64,000 nucleotides of DNA from Eledone cirrhosa (taxonomy: Eukaryota), in assembly GCA_964016885.1 (NCBI GenBank), contig OZ024741.1, forward strand, positions 251,348,001 to 251,412,000, read 5' to 3'. A program made the position numbers and the translations under genes. The notes below the pieces were generated by a model that ran no database searches, was not told where the DNA came from, and saw only the letters and a list, made by a program, of their open reading frames with translations. Numbering within the stretch: the first letter of the stretch is position 1; each line of letters starts with the position of its first letter. Below are positions 44,055 through 57,680 of the stretch, piece by piece.

Positions 44055-44361
44055 ATTTATAAATATATGTATATATGTGTGTGTATATATATATATATAT
44101 ATTAGCAAGGAAATTGGATGTTAAAATGACAATGATATACAGCATGGACCTTAAGTTACACACCAAAATGTGAGCTGTCATGCAAAAGGTCTACCATTGG
44201 ATAAATCAGTACCTTAAAATCACAGATGTTAGGATGATGAAAATGATACCTTTGTTATTTCAATATAATTTTTCTTATTAATACAATACTATGTACATGT
44301 ATACTAAATTGTTTTTAATGCTTTGGTGTGTGACTTACAGTTCACCCCATATATTATATAT

Positions 44362-44805
44362 GGCGCATGGCTTAGTGGTTAGAGCATTGGGCTTGCAATC
44401 AAAAGGTTGTGAGTTTAATTCTCGGACCGGGTGATGTGTTGTTTCCTTGAGCAAGACACTTTATTTTTCACATTGCTCCAGTTTACTTAGCTGTAGAAAT
44501 GAGATAATAGGACTGGAATCCCTATCATTCCACTGCAAAGTGGTCGTGGAGGTGCCACGGCAAAAAAGCACCCAGCTCACACTGTAAAGTGGACGTGTAG
44601 GCACCACGGAAAAAAAGCACCCAGCACTCACTGTAAATGAGGTTGGTGTTAGGAAGGGCATCCAGCTGTAGAAATCAAGCCAGAATCAGTTCCTGTATGA
44701 GCAAGGTATAGTCAGTCGACCAGACACTGCCCACAACAGGACAACTCGTCTAACCCATGCTAGCGTGGAAGAACGGACGTAAAACGGTGATGATGATGAT
44801 GATGA
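44362..44805 (+). mobile_element. SINE family 2 variant with a duplicated internal unit and a different tail
   Basis: Same head and body; the ~45-bp unit is duplicated; ends acccatgctagcgtggaagaacggacgtaaaacggtgatgatg. Confidence 0.8.
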
Positions 44806-46104
44806 TGATATATATATATATATATATGACCGTGGTTTGAGACTGAACCACATTGATCTGATACCAATTACTAACAGTTGATTTGAAACAAACTTCATCA
44901 AGCTCCAGTGCACAGAACATTGCCTTTATTACTTTAATGACAGAACTATTTCAAGATTTTCTTTTACTGTTTAATCAGGAATGAGAAGGGCAGTGCCCAT
45001 GAAACTTTTGAGGGCCTCAAGAACTGATGGGAGGAAAAGAGGCAGATATCCTCAAATCAGAGACATGATCTGAATGCTTGCAAGTGAGCAAACTCTGTTA
45101 AAAGCAGCCCAAGGGTAGAGTCAAATTAGTTGACAGATTACATCGACTAATGATGTTGGCCACTGCAGTAAAGAGCCAAGACAAACCCCACCAGACTTTT
45201 CATCAGATGCTCTACCAATTCTACCAATCCACCATCCAGGACTGCTACTGTACTTTATCAATCCTGATATTGATGAAAGACAAAGCTGACTTTGGCAGGA
45301 TTTGAACTCAGAGTTGTACAGAGTCAGAATACAGGGTAACTAAAATAAACTAGCCCTGTCTGAGTGTGTTTTTGTGTCACTGTACATTCATATTCTGACT
45401 GCTCAACTTTAAATTTCAGGACGTGGCTGATACAACGTCTGAGAAGATAACAAGACCTAAATGGGGCCTCCAGCACTGGATTTTAAACAACAGAAGCACA
45501 GGGCCTATGAGAGGGAGGGGATCCAGCCAGTACTTTGATCCGGGGTCCAAGAGCTAAGAAGGCCCCACAACAACCATGTAACATCCATTTTGAGAAAAAT
45601 CTTTGCCAGCTTCAAGCCCCAAAGGGGTCTTGTACAGCCTTGCAATATTTCTCTTGGAGGCCATGAAGAAGTATAACAACAACAACAACAGCAGTAACAA
45701 CAACAACAGTAACAATAACATAACAGAAGCAGCAGCAACAACAGTAACAACATCAACAAAAATAACATCAGCAGCAACAACTATAACAATAACAACAGTG
45801 TAGATGAATGAAGTTATATTTTTCCAGTTACATTACTACTACCTTCTCCTCTTGGACTCTACATTTCTCCATAGTAAACAACCACAATCTGACATTTAAA
45901 AACATAAGCGACCCCTTCCCCTTCACACACACTATAAGAAAAAAAAAGAGCTGAAGAAAGATTGAAAATACACAAACAGACATTAATAAATTCTCCCTGA
46001 CAATAGTTACTAAGGAGCACTGTGTGTGGTGGGGAGACACAGTGACAGGAGTTGTCTCTCTTCATATCAGGGATATAGATAGAGCCTGTTAATAACAGAC
46101 TCAC

Positions 46105-46870
46105 AGCTTCAGAAGAGAGACAGAGAGAAAGGAGAGATAGAAAAGGGGTGTAGGAGGAGAGAGAGAGAGAAGGATAGGTAGGTAGATATAGAGATAAATA
46201 GATTCATAGATAGATAGATAGAGTGACAGATTACTAGATATATAAAGAGGGGGACGTATTTGCATGTGTGCTTTCATCAAGTAATATAATGAGAAAAAGA
46301 GGAGAGAAAGGAGAATGGGTGGTTTATGAGGAAGAGAGAGATGTTTGTTTGTATTTTCTTCAAGTAAAATGATGTAAAAAAAAAGAGAAGAAAAAAGATA
46401 GGAGAAAAGAAAAAGACAGAGAGACATGAACAAGGAAGAGAGCAAGAGGTTTATGTGTGTGTTTCTATGTTTTCATCAAGAAAAACCTTGGAAGAAGATG
46501 AAGATGATGGTGATGGTAAAGAAGACGAAGAAGAGTATATGAGAGAAAATAGAGCAGAAACAAGATGGCCGACAGTCTGCTGCTTTCAGCGACATAAAGC
46601 CGCCGTCCATAACAGAAACCAACTCTTATTTATTATTATTTTTTTTTGTTTTTGTTTTTCAGATCCAAACTCCAGTAAGCAAAGTGTTCTCTGTATCACT
46701 GACAAACACACAGACACACAGATGTTGTAGTAAATAGCACCATGTCTGTTTATTAATGCACATCTAATGCATCACTCACGTGTGACTACTACAACATCTA
46801 TAACATCCCAAGCCATATTAAATCTCGATATTTTAGTATCGGAGATGGCTGCCTTATAAAAACCAGCTTT
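46105..46870 (-). promoter_or_regulatory. Candidate distal promoter / CT-rich 5'UTR exon
   Basis: Minus-strand donor GCT|GTGAGT at 46105/46104, pyrimidine-rich leader, YY1-like CAAGATGGCCG at 46561, E-box TCACGTG near 46776, local CpG enrichment. Confidence 0.3.
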
Positions 46871-47169
46871 GAAGGGGGAAAAACAAACAAATAAATGAAT
46901 AAATAAATTAAAAGGAGGCGCAAGCATGGCTCAGTGGTTAAGGAATTTATTTCACAACCAACCATTTACTTCTGGGCTTAATAAACCTTGAACAAATAGT
47001 GCAGCACCTTGAAACACATAATAGTAAAACTATTTTCTTAAACATACTGTATTTCTCGTTTGTTCTGAGTTTGACTTGGTCTTTGTGGTAGATATGGGAA
47101 TATATTGCAATATGCAGTATTTTAAGAATTTGGTCGTTTGTTATTTGTTGTGGAGAGGGTGATGGATTC

Positions 47170-47363
47170 AGACTTGCCAACCTCTAAAAACCCAAACGGG
47201 AAGTACAATGAAAAAAAGTGTACCAAAACGGGGAGAAATAAGGCAACATGGGGAGATTTTACATAATGAAAACTATATCCATTTTCACAAGAGAAGACAT
47301 CTCTCACCCACCCCAAAGTCGGTAGGAGATCTCCTCGTCAGACAGAGAGAGTTGACAGGTCTG
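47170..47363. mobile_element. MITE (TIR CAGACC/TTGCCAAC), hAT-like
   Basis: cagacttgccaacctct ... agagttgacaggtctg; inverted homologue at 52455-52640. Confidence 0.7.
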
Positions 47364-47809
47364 CAAATGTTTGCAGATGTCTGTATTTCTGTCCTTTAAC
47401 TTAGCGGTCCGACAATAAAGAGATAAATAAAATAAGTACTAGCTTGAAAAATAAAGGTACTAAATCAAGGTGGTGCTCCAGCATGGCCAAAGCCTACTGA
47501 CTGAAACAAGTAAAGGAGTAAAAGAACATCTTTGTTGAAAAAAAAATGGTGGAACATTTCTGTGGTTGCACGATGATAACAGCTAAATCTTCCTCCAATC
47601 ATAACCCACACACACATACATACATACATACATATAAACAAAGTGTAAATATAACAGATTAGATATGATCATTATTAGATATATGATGTCTGTAAAAAGG
47701 TGGGATTAACATGGCTAGAACACTTTTGATCCTACTTCTGGATCAAAGCTGGGCCAATGTTAAACATACTTAAATAAACTCTCTCTCTCACAATCTATCT
47801 ATCTATCTA

Positions 47810-47849
<40 letters not shown>

Positions 47850-47897
47850 ATAAACATTTGTCGTACTGCCTCTCTGTTCTGTCCCTGTTCAATTTTT

Positions 47898-48182
<285 letters not shown>

Positions 48183-48183
48183 G

Positions 48184-48220
<37 letters not shown>

Positions 48221-48236
48221 ATAGTTGAAAATGAAC

Positions 48237-48312
<76 letters not shown>

Positions 48313-48437
48313 GTATATAGTTGAAAATGAACGAACAAAACACAGGAGGCAATTGTACAGTTATATTAGATTCACGCTTATTGGGGAAAAAAGAAAATAA
48401 TAATAATAATAATAATAAAAATAATAGTAATAATAAT

Positions 48438-48472
<35 letters not shown>

Positions 48473-51150
48473 CATGTATATGTATATATATATCATCACC
48501 AGCGCCGTTTTGCGTTCGTTTTTCCATACTTTATATACGATATCATAATAATTGCTGCACTATATACAATATATACAAGTTATACAGTATATTGTGTACT
48601 AAATAAACTGCATATGTGTGTATATATGTGTGTGAGAAAGAGAGCTGTGTACTGTAGGTGGAGGGGTGGATATGTATATAGGGTATCACCATTATTGTTG
48701 CATCTACAGCTATTTATAATACTACTACTACTACTAGATGTTTCTCTGTTGAATTTTAATTGTTTGACTGTGATTCCAAACAAGACCTTCTCATTTTGTT
48801 TCCTGTAACTTGGCTATTTCCAGGACTTGGCTATTCATTCATTTTTAAGACGACAGATAGGAATTTTACGAAGAAACCGAGTAGAGTATTGTTTATGTTT
48901 CCATCTAAATCCCAATCTCGAACTTTTCTATTTATTGTAGTCCCGATAATATAATAAAGAAATCCAAAAATTGAAAATGCTATTGGATCTGAAAAAGAAC
49001 CCAAGCATACATCTAAAATACTTAAGAAGAATCTAAAGGAATTATTGCTGCCAGCAATGTTTTCCAATTCTTATACTAACATTAAGGCAGCGAAGTGGCA
49101 AAGTAGTTAGAACGTCTGATAGAATGTTTTGCAGTATTCGTTTCTACTATATGCTCTCTGAGTTCAAAGCCTGCCGAGATCAACTTTGCTTTTCATCCAT
49201 TCGAGGTCGATAAAAAAGTACCAGTCACATACAGGGGTCGATTCTTCTTCTACATCTCATTCTCTCACTCTCTATCTTTCCTTGGAAGAAATATGCTATA
49301 TTAAAACCTGTAGAGACGGCCCAACCAGGTTTAATAATGCCCTAGAAACGTTGTATGTCAATATGGCACCCCTACTGACCATGCATACTAACACAGCTAA
49401 ATTTACAGAGCATGGATTCTGAAGAAAAATCTATTTTTAAAGCTCAACAAAACCTTAACTAAAGCAGAATCACATAAAACCATAAATCTTCTGAACAAAT
49501 CCGTGACTCATCTTAGACATTATCAGTCCACATACTCTGTAAGTTGGTCGTACTGGTGTCGCGACAAAAAGGACCCAGTTCACCCTGTTAGGTGATTACA
49601 CTGGTGCCACGGCAAAAACACCCTAGTCTGCTCTGTAATGTGATAGTTCTGGCGTCACAAAAAAAGCATCCAGTTCGCTCTGTAGGGTAGTGACAAAAAA
49701 AAAAAAAAAAAGCAGTCAACTCTATAAGGTGGTAGTAATGGTGCCATTAAAAAAATGTCCCAGTAAACGCTGTAATGGGGTTGGCGTAAGGAAGGGCAAC
49801 CAATTGTAGAAAAAACAAGTGAAAATCAGATTTTATTACTAAAAAGTAGTCATCTGACCTGCCTAGCCGCATAATGTGATAACCCGTCAAACCCATGCAA
49901 ACATGGAAAATACACTTTAAACAATCAAGATGATAATTGTTTCTACTTTTGGCACAAGGCCAGAAATTATCCCAGTGTATTACTGGTACTTTATTTTATC
50001 GACCCCGTAGGGATGACAGGCAAAGTTAACCTCGGCGGGATTTGAACTCAGACCAAAGATGATAATGATGATGAAAACACCTCTCTCTCTCTCTACCTCA
50101 CAACAAAGATTCAGACAACTACACTGAACCATCTCACAACTCACATATACAAAATGGTTTCAACATCAACGACAAAAAAACACTACATGGTATTCTAACT
50201 ATTATTGGCATAATCTGAAAAACCCTCGATTACATTCTTTGCTATACACCTATTCACAAAATATACACCATCATCTTCTCTTTAACAAACAACAATATGT
50301 TAGCTACCAAACCGTCTTTCATATCAACAACCTTCATCAGAATATAGCAATATATATATGAAAAGTATAGAAATTATTGTGAGCGTGAAGCCAACAGTAT
50401 TTCATAATATATAATATATAAGTGACTATAACGTCAAAATGGAAAAATAGTTAATGTAAGATGTGGGAAAATAATTCAAACTCAATTCAAAAAGAATCAA
50501 GACATAGATTCATCCACAGAATTTTGTGAAATCCAGGGAAAAATCAATAGAGCCTTAACTCAGAATATATATGCGTCCTGTGCTTTGAGAAAACAACACC
50601 ATACTTCAGCACTGAGCATATAAAAAAAATCGAAATAACAGAGGTAAACTTTATTCCATCATTATGTTTTTCTGTTTTTTTTTCTTTTCAAATTCTAGTT
50701 GTATGATGAGGTCATAGCTGCTGCATAATGGTTATCACCGAAATATATATATAACAGCGAATATGAATAAACGAAGTTAATTTTAACCTGTTGACTTACA
50801 CTTCTTTATATATATATATAATATTGCAAAAAGAAGTTGACAATGCAATTGAAGCATTTGAGAAAGTTTATTTACAATAACTTATTACTCTACCATTTTG
50901 ACAAATTCTATGACTTTTCAAAACTTAATAGAGACAGAGAGATGTGTGTATATGTTGTCGTGTGAATATATATCCACCTGTTACTCTTTAAAATTTACCC
51001 ACACAAACACACACAGCCGTACACGCAATGTATTTCCTATCTCAGTCATGCTGCTACAATAAGAAGTTTGCTTTCCAGTCTTGGGTTACATTTCTTAATG
51101 CAAACAGTTATTTCTACAAAGTTACTAATACATTTATCTTGCATGTCAAT

Positions 51151-51189
<39 letters not shown>

Positions 51190-51369
51190 TAAACATTTAT
51201 GTAGTTAAATCCTGGGAATGAATTATTGAAATATTATTTTTATCTTTAATCACTTTAATCAGAATTCGACATAAACTATAGAGTTTTTCTTATGCAAAAC
51301 ATTACTTTATCAAAGTACAAATATCCCATTTTGTATTATTGTTCATATATCTGGTATATATGGCATACC

Positions 51370-51710
51370 AAACAGGGACTAAAAAAAATTAAATATACTC
51401 AATGAAGCACAAAACAGACAACTTTGTCAGACAGCAAGTTAACAAATATGCTGGCAGACATGAAATACTCCTTGCAACAGTGAAAAGACGGAAGCTTGCC
51501 TGATATGGTTACATATGAAGCCACAACTCATTGTTAAAAAACTATCATTCAGGGCACAGTCGAGGGAGGGTGAAGAAAAGGCAACATCAGAGACCCTTCC
51601 ACGCATGACAGAAAATACACACCAATGGCGTCAACAAAAGCGTCTAGAGTGGCACCCCACCGACTGGCTGTATCAGTTCCGGGAACCCGATGATGATTAC
51701 CGTTATTATT
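51370..51710 (+). mobile_element. RTE-clade LINE 3' fragment
   Basis: LLATVKRRKLA*YG...TIIQGTVEGG*RKG; tail also seen at about 24290-24370. Confidence 0.7.
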
Positions 51711-52454
51711 GACAGCATTGCTTCACTAATATATCAATAACACATCGAGAAGTTTCAATTTCTTGAATGGTGTAAGACAAAATAGTTTCTTCTAACCCTC
51801 AGTTTTACACCTATACCTACAATATCTCTCCACACTGTATGAGAACATTGAAGGCAACCAACTCCCTTATACTCAACAACATAGACATACCGAACACAGA
51901 TAAAAGAGTTATGGAATAAGAAGAAGAATGAGGAGGAGGAAAAAAACTCTTACAACATTCATAAGACACATAAAAGACAGCAAGTAAAGAAAACAAAACA
52001 ATGCACAGATTTACTTAGAGCAATGAACAGATTCCACGGTTGTCCTCCATAAAGAAACATCAACAATTGTGTACAACCATGATTACAACAAATATGGAAA
52101 TATACTGTCAGTTGTAATTGGACCCATAATCCCGTCACAACATTTAATGGCTACTGATTTAGGCACAAGGCCAGTAATCTTGAAGAGGAGGGTTGGTCAA
52201 TTAAATCCACCCAGTACTATATTTTGACTGGCATTTTATTTTATTAACCCCGGAAGGATGAAAGGCAGAGAGGGTTTAAAAAAAGGCAATTCTTTTGCCG
52301 CGACGGAAGCGCAATCGAAAGGTGGATCACGAAATGCGGCTAGCCGTCGAGCGAACGAAAACCAAAGGAAAAAAAAAAACAGGATTTGAAATCAGAGCAT
52401 AAAGAGCTACGAAGCATTTGTCTGGCGTTCTAATGACTCTATCTCTGCCAATTC

Positions 52455-52640
52455 ATAGACCTGTCAACTCTCCCCGTCCGATGGGGAAATCGTCCACCTA
52501 CTTTTGAGTGGGTGGGAGATGTCTTCTCTTGTGAGAAAGGGTATAGTTTTCATTATGTAAAATTTCCCCATTTTGCCTCGTTTTCGGACACCTTTTTTTA
52601 TGGTACTTCCCGTTTGGGCTTTTAGAGGTTGGCAGGTCTG
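52455..52640. mobile_element. MITE, second copy
   Basis: agacctgtcaactct ... agaggttggcaggtctg. Confidence 0.7.
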
Positions 52641-53219
52641 AATCCACCACACTCTCCACAACAAATAACAAACGACCAAAATCATAAGGAACTGCACAAT
52701 GCAATATATTCCCATATCTTTCACAAAGACCAAATCAAACCCAGAACAAACAAGAAATACAGTATGTTTAAGAAAATAGTTTTACTATTATGTGTTTACT
52801 ATTTTTCCCTTTTAGGTGGAAATAAGTCAATAACTACACTGCCTCAGTGTGAGTGTGTGTCCGTGGAACATACATATACATCAGGTCAGAACACAAAGGA
52901 ACCAAACGCCTACTATCACTGCCTCCATCTCTCCCCATCTCTCATTATTATGAACAATCTTGACAGTCTGTACCATTCCATGCACCAATAATTAGACACC
53001 TCTACAGCATACTCCCAAACAGTTAGAACAGAATTTTACCAACACTACCCTAGCTATTTTTTTTACTCTAATTGTTTATATTTGTCTGGACGAAGAGAGC
53101 CTACAATTCACAATACTTCGCTGTACAATGAATGCTACAGCCCACCTCATAGCATCGTCACTATACACCATACAATATGATCACTACACACAACAGCATG
53201 ATTATATATATATATATAT

Positions 53220-53563
53220 ATATGAAAGACGTAAAATAAGAAAATTTTAAAATTAACTGACTTACTAAAATTTGGAATCTAGTCCCCGCTAGCTTTTTTC
53301 CATCCACTGAATTATTATTTTTATATGGGTTCCTAGTGTCCGCGCATTTCCTGGGAACTTAGCTGAGAATAGACTCCCTGATGACGTAAGGACTTCTCTA
53401 TAGTTGCGTTGAATAACTATATTTATTCCCTTACAGAAACTAATTAGTTGGAGTGAAAATTTTAGTAAGTAAGTTAATTTTAAAATTTTCTTATTTTACG
53501 TCTTTCATATAATTGTTCTGCATCCCCCTGCATAGAACCATAAAGGTACTAAGACATAACATA
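53220..53563 (+). mobile_element. Fold-back Penelope-type pLTR fragment in (TA)n
   Basis: 54-bp inverted arms 53220-53273/53457-53510 enclosing an intact hammerhead; tail to about 53563. Confidence 0.75.
53373..53454 (+). ncRNA. Type-I hammerhead ribozyme with extended stem II
   Basis: ACTCC-CTGATGA-cGTAAGG...CCTTACa-GAAAC-TAATTA-GTT|GGAGT; palindromic stem III AACTAATTAGTT; GUU site. Confidence 0.85.
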
Positions 53564-53618
53564 TATATTTGCTAGCATGGGTATACATCTGTATACATAT
53601 GTTGGTAGATATACTAAT

Positions 53619-53661
<43 letters not shown>

Positions 53662-54290
53662 CTGTGTGTGTGTGTGTGTAATATTCATACACAGAACAAA
53701 ACAAAAAGCGATAGCTTAGGTTTCGATGTTCGGTTATTGCCATCTCCTCAGATTATGCACGGTGGTGCCGAATGCATGGAAAAAGCATCAAGTTCATGAC
53801 TTTTGAGAGGGATTTAGCTAGCTAACTTGTTGAGCTCTTCCTCGTTGACTCATCATACAGCCACCACTACCCGTGCTACCGTGTTCTTATAAATAACAAA
53901 TTTGGGCGCAGTCTGAGTTACAAGTTTCTATTTCTTACATACAAATATAATAACTGTTTCTATTTTAGGCACAAGGCCAGCAATTACTGGTACTTTATTT
54001 TATCGACCCCGTAAGGATGAAAGGCAAAGTTAACCTCGGCGGGATTTGAACTCAGATCATAAAGGGACGTTACTCTACGCTTCAAAGCATGGTGTTCGAC
54101 GACTCTCTACCGATACTGCCAATCCACCATTGAGCGGAAGGAGTCGCACCGATTCTATTCGGGGAAACTTCTATATATATATATTTGAGGGGCCGGCCGG
54201 CGAAGTAACAACATCAACACATTCAGCCGTCCCCTGTATTAGGAAAAGAAAAAAAAACAAAAAACATTTTCTTCAAGGAAGTTTTCAATG

Positions 54291-54350
54291 TTCGCCTGAA
54301 GAGCTCGGGCTATCAAAATTAGTAGGCTTCAGCGAAATATATATAACGAA
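54291..54350 (+). ncRNA. Type-I hammerhead ribozyme (one stem-I mismatch)
   Basis: TTCGc-CTGAAGA-GCT...AGC-GAAA-TATATA-TA|aCGAA; palindromic stem III; lies in an island bounded by short TA runs (about 54185-54390). Confidence 0.6.
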
Positions 54351-55329
54351 GATGTATCAACTGATTGTGGCCTCTGATCTTTTTATACTATATATATGTA
54401 GGGGGGGGGGCTTCAATACTAGAGATTGTGGGGTAACTACAGCTGAAAGAAATAACTCTTAAATCGCCTTCAAATTCCACTCATCCTCAATAAAATGTTA
54501 CGATATATATATAAGTAATGTAGTCATAGATTGATTGTGTATAAAACAAAATAAAGTAAAACAAAAAAGTGTTTGAAACTCCATTGATAATGTGTTTTGT
54601 TTGATTATAGCAGACCTGGGTTTACACAACAACAGAAGTATCAACAAACGCATATCACATATGCGCACAGCACAACACAATTCCCTCAAGGTAGCCTTTT
54701 AAAGCAGACACGCACCTTCGTCAAGTTTCTTCCATAACAAACGTCCCTTCTAGTACCCCTCACAATCAATATTTGTATACCACAAGCTCTTCACCACACC
54801 GTATCACAAGAAATACCACCTTGAAATACCGGATTTACCATTGTGCTTAGGTCTGCTCAGAGACAGGGGAACCCATCTTTCTGAGTATGTATGCCTGACT
54901 GCCTCTGTAGGCCTACCGAGCCTACCTCCTTCAGGGTTCAAGTGAAAGCTCTCATAACTTAACTAGCAGAGGGCCTCATTTATCCTAAACCCGACACTGA
55001 ATACCACACTATTAGAAACACCACTCCACAGCACCCTCAACAAACACCACTCGACTTCCAAACCAAACACCTTCCCATAACGAACTAAAAATAGCAACCA
55101 ATATTTCCTTTACAATGTAGAATAATTGAAAAATGGGTACTCTGTAAAGAGGGGAAAATACGATATGGCCACGGCCGGCTTGCTTTTGATCCAAGATTTG
55201 CTTGATGAAGGTTGACCAGAGGCTTAGGAACAGCAACATACGCCCAACAAACAGCATGAATAAGAAGCAACTTCCCAGCAGCTTTCACAACGAACTACAT
55301 CCCAACAGTTTCCCACAACGAACAGCAAC

Positions 55330-55610
55330 CCAACAGCTTTCCACAACAAACACTATCTCAACAGCATCGTTCAAGGAAAAGCTACCCACAGCTTCCCACA
55401 ACAAACACTATCTCAACAGCATCCTACAAGGAAGAGCTTCCCACAGCTTTCCACAACAAACACTATCTCAACAGCATCCTACAAGGAAGAGCTTCCCACA
55501 GCTTCCCACAACAAACACTATCTCAACAGCATCCTACAAGGAAGAGCTTCCCACAACAAACACTATCTCAATAGTTTCCCACAACCAACAACTTCCCACA
55601 ACAAACACCA
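55330..55610. repeat. ~55-bp minisatellite
   Basis: cccacaacaaacactatctcaacagcatcctacaaggaagagctt repeated. Confidence 0.85.
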
Positions 55611-55697
55611 CATACACTTCTTTATCCCATTGGTCTACACCATTCCTACAACCACCACCACAATCACGAACACGAACGACATATGTATATATACATA

Positions 55698-56546
55698 CAG
55701 TGGAGGACTGGGTCTAAAAATATTGGTTGCCAGGAGATGAAGGGGGCATCCCTACATATAGAATGCTATCATTTAATTTTTTGAATGAATAAATAACATT
55801 TTCGAAAAATACATAAGTGGAAACAAAACAGTGCAATCAAATTTTTGTGGAAAAATATCTTACCTTCTCCAATAAAAAATATGCATTTTGCGAAATCCAG
55901 AGACTTTCAATAATAACCAGAAGTCGGCCCTAAATATTACTAATAGCTCTAGGAAAGCAATGGGCGACATATCTTTTTAACTTTGATTTTGAAAGTAGGT
56001 TTATAATTATCAATTTTCATTATACTTCTATAGCTGTCTCGGTGGCCTAGTTGGTCTCGGTGGTGATCGTGGTCTGAAGTTCGATCCTGGTCGGGTGTAG
56101 GATTCTTGGTAAACCTTTTCAGTTTTTTCTATTGGTTGTAAAATGAAAACTAAAAAAGGTTACATGTACCTCTTGACCAGGATTGAACCCAAGCACAGGA
56201 TCTCCACCGTCTCTAGTACCTACCGATAGGCCACAGAGACAACTACGAACGTCGTATGAAAATTCATACTTATAAACCTACTTTCAAAATTTTCAAAACC
56301 AAGTGTTATGGTGTCGTTCATGTCTTTCTTAATGTTATTGCTCCTACTTAAGGTCGGAATTGGTTGACCAAATGCTTTGCTTAATTGTTATATTTATTTT
56401 TTCTTAAATTTTACTCTTTCTCTTAGATTTCAGGTATTTTTTAAAGCAAAGCATTAGCCCCTAAAATACTACAGTGGGCCCTGCAATGCTACAGTGGATC
56501 CCCTGGGGCTGACTTGCCATTGGGCAACCTGGCCAGTCCGCCACTG
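55698..56546. mobile_element. Non-autonomous hAT transposon carrying two convergent tRNA-like units
   Basis: TIRs CAGTGGAGGACTGG / CCAGTCCGCCACTG; perfect 8-bp TSD TATACATA (55690-55697, 56547-56554). Confidence 0.85.
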
Positions 56547-56617
56547 TATACATATACATATATATAAATACACACACACACGCACACAAATCCCAACAAA
56601 TTAAATATAACTTCTAG

Positions 56618-56655
<38 letters not shown>

Positions 56656-56656
<1 letters not shown>

Positions 56657-56887
56657 CTGAGACGATGGTTAAACAATCATCCGCACAACCAAAAAAACGA
56701 TCAAGACTTGATCGTTTTTTTGGCTGTGCGGATGATTGTTTAACCATCGTCTCAGTGTGTTTGGCCTTTAACGTTTGTTATATCTCTGGTTCATCTGAAT
56801 TATTGAGCACTTGCCACACATCACGGAGGTTGTTTTTCGTTATTTCGTGGGCCGAAATACGATTCTCGATAATTTATATTCGTTTTT
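56656..56887 (+). mobile_element. Fold-back island (50-bp arms + tail) in (TA)n
   Basis: Arms 56656-56705/56707-56756 with one mismatch; tail to about 56887. Confidence 0.7.
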
Positions 56888-56935
56888 ATATATATATATA
56901 TATAGAAGTGGTTACACAACAGTTAGTTCACCATA

Positions 56936-56975
56936 CCGAGAACAATTGTTTCACCTTCGCGGATCTTCAGCTCGG
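56936..56975 (-). ncRNA. Inverted copy of the same hammerhead
   Basis: Exact reverse complement of 57641-57680. Confidence 0.8.
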
Positions 56976-57141
56976 GATGTATATGGTTATAGGAACAGGA
57001 AGGACAACCGTACGAACGCGCATGCGCAGAAACTCGGTCACTTCACACAGGCAATAGTAGACTGCGTGCGGGGGTGTAAGGGAGATAACTGCGAAAGTCC
57101 GGAAAGTTTTTTGGTTGAAAATAAAATAAAAAAATTTAAGT

Positions 57142-57438
57142 TTCCTGAACCACCAGTCTACCTTCAGATACCCGGACAGACATTCATCCACGAAACTCGC
57201 GAGCCACGTATGGTCCCTCAAGGACTCAAGTATAGGGTACTCCATTCAATGGAAAGCCATCACTAAGTCCAAGCCATACGCAAGGGGAAATCCGACGTGT
57301 GGCTTATGTATTGACGAACGAATAACTATCCTAAAGAGATTACGCAATAGTGATTGCCTAAACGCGAGAAGTGAATTTTTCACACGTTGTCCACACGTCA
57401 CCAAACATCTATTACATAACTACAAGGCTCCGGACTGA
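57142..57438 (+). pseudogene. Penelope GIY-YIG endonuclease C-terminal fragment (open frame, no start; absent from the ORF track)
   Basis: FLNHQSTFRYPDRHSSTKLASHVWSLKDSSIGYSIQWKAITKSKPYARGNPTCGLCIDERITILKRLRNSDCLNARSEFFTRCPHVTKHLLHNYKAPD*: H..F, L..H.W.L, CxLC..E, LN.R.E and C.H motifs of PLE endonucleases. Confidence 0.88.
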
Positions 57439-57640
57439 TTCTTTGTATTTTTATTTTTATTTTTTTATTTTTTAAATTTTTTTTTTATTTTTATTTTCAA
57501 CCAAAAAACATTCCGGACTTTCGCAGTTATCTCCCTTACATCCCCCGCACGCAGTCTACTATTGCCTGTGTGAAGTGACCGAGTTTCTGCGCATGCGCGT
57601 TCGTACGGTTGTCCTTCCTGTTCCTATAACCATATACATC

Positions 57641-57680
57641 CCGAGCTGAAGATCCGCGAAGGTGAAACAATTGTTCTCGG
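57641..57680 (+). ncRNA. Minimal type-I hammerhead ribozyme in Penelope pLTR
   Basis: CCGAG-CTGAAGA-tCCgcgaaGGt-GAAAC-AATT-GTT|CTCGG; palindromic stem III AACAATTGTT. Confidence 0.8.

Noticed and set aside
48831-49067. 78-aa hydrophobic minus-strand ORF
   Set aside because: Non-ATG start, no convincing splice sites and no recognised family.
52285-52375. CpG-rich 90-bp insert inside a SINE
   Set aside because: Could not be assigned to an RNA family or element by eye.
56811-57266. 151-aa ORF and the mirrored 57536..57982 ORF
   Set aside because: They read through the inverted pLTR; the meaningful frame is 57142-57438.
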